From assembly GCA_963810275.1 (NCBI GenBank), contig CAWENF010000023.1:1-10581 (forward strand): a stretch of 10,581 bases of DNA, written 5' to 3'. Below are positions 7,965 through 10,581 of this stretch, piece by piece; the stretch's first letter is position 1; every line of letters starts with the position of its first letter. Both the position numbers and the translations under genes were made by a program. Below the pieces are notes generated by a model that saw only the letters and a program-made list of their open reading frames with translations, was not told where the DNA came from and made no database searches. The stretch is from an uncultured archaeon. GTDB lineage: Archaea > Thermoproteota > Bathyarchaeia > Bathyarchaeales > Bathycorpusculaceae.

Positions 7965-7996
7965 TTTTTCTTTCTTTCCTTTTTTCTCCTTTTATT

Positions 7997-8029
7997 AGGC
8001 AAGCGCAGTTATTAAAACCGCTAATGCCT
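7997..8029 (-). other. Hairpin in the predicted 5' leader of the propeller gene
   Basis: Minus strand AGGCA-TTA-GCGGTT-TTAAT-AACTGC-GCT-TGCCT gives stems AGGCA/TGCCT and GCGGTT/AACTGC (one G-U), just upstream of AAAAGGAG. Confidence 0.5.
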
Positions 8030-8054
8030 TAACCCGTATCATTCGTAACTTTTC

Positions 8055-8070
8055 CTTATAAGCCTTTAGT
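8055..8070 (-). promoter_or_regulatory. Putative BRE/TATA promoter of the propeller gene
   Basis: Minus strand ACTAAAGG-CTTATAAG. This predicts a TSS near 8030-8035, at the 5' base of the leader hairpin. Confidence 0.6.
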
Positions 8071-8242
8071 AAAATAAGGTAACCTCTTTACCATAATAAA
8101 TTAGACGAAAATCGATTAATAAAATAAAAAAACCCCTAAAGTAACGAAAAACAGCCTAAATACGACCCAAAATCATGCATCAATAAACAAACCACAAAAA
8201 ACCCCACAAACAAAAACTAATAAGAATTAGCAGATAAAATAC

Positions 8243-8256
8243 AAAGAATTAAATAA
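8243..8256 (+). promoter_or_regulatory. Possible BRE/TATA promoter of rnz
   Basis: AAAGAA-TTAAATAA about 35 nt upstream of the ATG at 8291. The region is very A/T-rich, so placement is uncertain. Confidence 0.4.
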
Positions 8257-8290
8257 AAAAAAATAATAATTAACAAAAAAGTGCATAACA

Positions 8291-9211
8291 ATGAGCATAC
8301 GTATTGCTTTCCTGGGAACAAGCGGCAGCGTTCCAACCCTCAAACGCGGATTACCCTCGATTATAATACAGTCACTCCGAAGCCAGTGGATGTTTGACTG
8401 CGGCGAAGGCGTCCAGCGCCAAATGATGGGATCAAAAACTAGCTTCCACCGTAAAATGAAGATTTTCATCACCCACCTACACGGCGACCATGTACTTGGC
8501 CTGCCAGGACTTTTGCAGACCATGGCTTTGATGGAACGCAAAGAACCAGTCGAAGTCTATGGCCCCACAGGACTCATCACATTTATCCAATGCACCAAAA
8601 ACACGCTAAACTTCGGCTTAAACTACCCTGTTAGCATCCACGAAATCGGCGGGGAAGGCGTAATCTGCGACGAGAAAGACTATCAGGTTTTGGCAGTGAA
8701 TTCGAACCATGCGGTGGACGGCTACTGCTTCGCTTTAGTAGAGAAGCCTCGGGCAGGCAGGTTTTACCCTAAAAAAGCCGCTGCATTGGGCGTCCCAGAA
8801 GGCGAATTATGGTCAAAACTCCAAAACGGGCAAGAAGTCACCGCTCGAAATGGCAACACAATTAAACCCAGCGATGTCATGGGTCCACCTCGGATAGGCA
8901 GAAAAATCGTGTACACAGGGGATACAAAACCCTTCAAAGCCTTCGCAAAGTTTGCAGCAGATGCGGATTTGGTGATTCACGACTGCACTTTTGATGACTC
9001 TATGATTGAGCGCGCCAACCGAGATGGACACTCAACACCCACTCAAGCAGCAGAGCAAACCAAGGCTGCAGATGCAAAAAAACTGGTGCTCTTCCACATA
9101 AGCGCCCGCTACCCTGACGCCTCAGCATTATTGGAAACAGCAAAGAAGGTGTTTCCAAACACCGTTCTGGCAGAAGACTACCTGGAAATCGAGTTGCCCC
9201 TAAACAAGTAA
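8291..9211 (+). CDS. rnz: Ribonuclease Z (tRNA 3'-processing endonuclease, short form)
   Basis: 306 aa. Motifs FLGTSGSVP, FDCGEG, THLHGDH (HxHxDH), exosite GVPEGELWSKLQNG, YTGDT, HDCTF (HEAT-type), HST and HISARY. Confidence 0.96.
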   Translation: MSIRIAFLGTSGSVPTLKRGLPSIIIQSLRSQWMFDCGEGVQRQMMGSKTSFHRKMKIFITHLHGDHVLGLPGLLQTMALMERKEPVEVYGPTGLITFIQCTKNTLNFGLNYPVSIHEIGGEGVICDEKDYQVLAVNSNHAVDGYCFALVEKPRAGRFYPKKAAALGVPEGELWSKLQNGQEVTARNGNTIKPSDVMGPPRIGRKIVYTGDTKPFKAFAKFAADADLVIHDCTFDDSMIERANRDGHSTPTQAAEQTKAADAKKLVLFHISARYPDASALLETAKKVFPNTVLAEDYLEIELPLNK

Positions 9212-9982
9212 CCGCTTAAGAGCAGCAATGGATTCGGGCACTTTACGCATTGACTCTATCACTACTGTTCGGTCGTACCCGATTTTTCTGAGAGACTCCA
9301 CGAACCATGGGTAATCTATGGTGCCGTCTTCGACACCGTTGTGCTCATCGTCAGCGCCGAAGTTGTTGCTGGCATGGATATGCACAATTTTGTCCGCCAA
9401 CTGCTCAATAAACGGCTTAATTTGTCCTTCAAGATGTGCATGCCCCAAATCTAGTGTGATGCCTATGGGCAAATTTGTCTCTTTGTAAAGGCGCATATAC
9501 TCGGCGGGGGTGCTCATCAAAAACCAGTATTTATGAGGTAAATTCTCCAAAGCAAGGTTTAGGCCGTACTCTTCGCCAACCGCGTATAGTTCCTCGATAC
9601 TGCGAAACATAGTTTTGTAGTCGGCGTCTGGGTAGAACTGGCCGATACCCGTGCGTTGGGCGGGATGGAACACCCACATTTTAGCATTTAAGTCGTTGGC
9701 GTTTGCCAGTGACTGCTTAAGTCGCTTCATCGACGCATTTAGCAAGGGTTTTGCAGGGGAACCGATGTTTATATCAGCAAATGGAGCGTGCACAGAGTAT
9801 GTTAAGCCGAAAGATTTGGCGGTTTCTTTGAGCAAGGCGATGCGAGACTTGTTTAGGTCATGAGTGCCGTCGTCCAAAACTTCAATGTATTTTGTGTCCA
9901 TATCGCTTAAGCGTTTGACCATGCGGTTGAAGGGTTCGCCGAGACAGTAGAGCATTGAAACGCCGACTTTAGCTTTAGCCAT
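9200..9982 (-). CDS. Xylose-isomerase-like TIM barrel / AP endonuclease family 2 metalloenzyme (sugar phosphate isomerase/epimerase family)
   Basis: 260 aa. Motifs SVHAPFADINIGS, VFHP, LALENLP, ITLDLGHA, HIHASNNFGADDEH, GTIDY and VVIES. The 3' end overlaps the convergent rnz by 12 nt. Confidence 0.88.
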   Translation of the reverse strand: MAKAKVGVSMLYCLGEPFNRMVKRLSDMDTKYIEVLDDGTHDLNKSRIALLKETAKSFGLTYSVHAPFADINIGSPAKPLLNASMKRLKQSLANANDLNAKMWVFHPAQRTGIGQFYPDADYKTMFRSIEELYAVGEEYGLNLALENLPHKYWFLMSTPAEYMRLYKETNLPIGITLDLGHAHLEGQIKPFIEQLADKIVHIHASNNFGADDEHNGVEDGTIDYPWFVESLRKIGYDRTVVIESMRKVPESIAALKRLLV

Positions 9983-10062
9983 ACAAGTTCCGCAGTCCTA
10001 AATGTTGTGTTGTGTAAAGTTTCCGTGCACACCTAAATAGGTTCCCAAAAGAACCCAGCATT

Positions 10063-10572
10063 TTAATAAAAAAGTCTCCTGCCCCAAGGATTGTGCGGCG
10101 CCTCGGATCGCATGGTTTTGCACTGCACATCTCGCAGTCCAAGTGCGAGTTGTGAGAATTCTTTAATGGCACCGTTTTTAAATTCCCATGTTGGCTCGCC
10201 GTAACGTACGCCACTGCACATGGTATCCACGTAAATGTAAAACGGTTGATCGCCTAAATGGTACTCTGCATGTTTGGCTTCGCCGTATTTGGGTTCAGCT
10301 AAAACTTTGAAGGACCAGATTTTGCAGGCGTCGGGTTTCATGTTTTGAAGGGCGCAGTTGCGATTGCTGTTGCACAAGAAAGCGCAGGCATCACCGTCGC
10401 TGTGGCGGCGTATGAAGAAGCGTCTGAATTCGGTTACGGTGGCTTGTTGCCCGTAGGTTTTGGTTAGGGCGAGGTATTCGGGATAATGTAGAACTACAGA
10501 GTAGAGTTTGCAGCAGTACCGGCAACCTCTGCAGTGCCAGTCAGCAACGTTTCGCCAAGGAACAAACTCCAC
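10063..10572 (-). CDS. YkgJ-family (CxxCxxCC) cysteine-cluster protein
   Basis: 169 aa, GTG start with an in-frame TAG at 10581-10579 just upstream, so the gene is complete. Motifs CRGCRYCC, CAFL, CALQNMKPDACKIWSF and a later C in DTMCSG. Confidence 0.85.
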   Translation of the reverse strand: MEFVPWRNVADWHCRGCRYCCKLYSVVLHYPEYLALTKTYGQQATVTEFRRFFIRRHSDGDACAFLCNSNRNCALQNMKPDACKIWSFKVLAEPKYGEAKHAEYHLGDQPFYIYVDTMCSGVRYGEPTWEFKNGAIKEFSQLALGLRDVQCKTMRSEAPHNPWGRRLFY

Positions 10573-10581
10573 GCTAAACTA

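Noticed and set aside
8098-8290. Replication origin or CRISPR leader in the AT-rich spacer
   Set aside because: No ORB-like repeats with G-strings, no adjacent orc1/cdc6 and no repeat-spacer array.
8978-8992. HDCTF instead of HEAT in RNase Z
   Set aside because: The acidic residue is retained, and Asp variants of this motif are familiar in archaeal RNase Z.
9362-9382. HIHASNN rather than the commoner H-x-x-D-N in the TIM barrel, suggesting inactivation
   Set aside because: By alignment to endonuclease IV this position is not one of the nine metal ligands, all of which appear to be present.
156-10038. Recurrent TTTAGG/CCTAAA hexamer in several spacers
   Set aside because: It also occurs inside coding regions and fits local composition; no tandem array or fixed spacing outside the cases already reported.
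428-10214. Short ORF-track entries overlapping the main genes (e.g. 1369-1848 -, 1937-2320 +, 3868-4146 -, 5164-5370 -, 8227-8541 -, 9975-10214 -)
   Set aside because: They are antisense or alternate-frame shadows of well-supported genes, with no recognisable motifs or initiation signals.

Overview
Gene-dense archaeal chromosomal window, most likely Bathyarchaeia (inferred from the large secreted beta-propeller gene, the aTrm11/RNase Z style and BRE/TATA promoters). In order: the 5' end of a membrane/secreted protein gene (-, truncated by the window), cysS (+), an LplA/LipM-type lipoate ligase catalytic domain (-), a DUF3856-like TPR protein (-), prs (+), aTrm11 (+), an 850-aa membrane-anchored PQQ-like beta-propeller protein (-), rnz (+), an endonuclease IV/xylose-isomerase-like TIM barrel (-) and a YkgJ-type cysteine-cluster protein (-). 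No rRNA, tRNA, CRISPR array or transposase is visible. The most unusual signals are non-coding: (i) a ~118-bp self-complementary element at 5250-5367, flanked by CAATA direct repeats, that supplies the last base of the trm11 stop codon (MITE-like insertion or structured RNA); (ii) a doubly nested palindromic divergent promoter at 3186-3260; (iii) a leader hairpin, an operator-like inverted repeat and phased A-tracts upstream of the propeller gene. Family calls come from motif recognition by eye; no searches were run.
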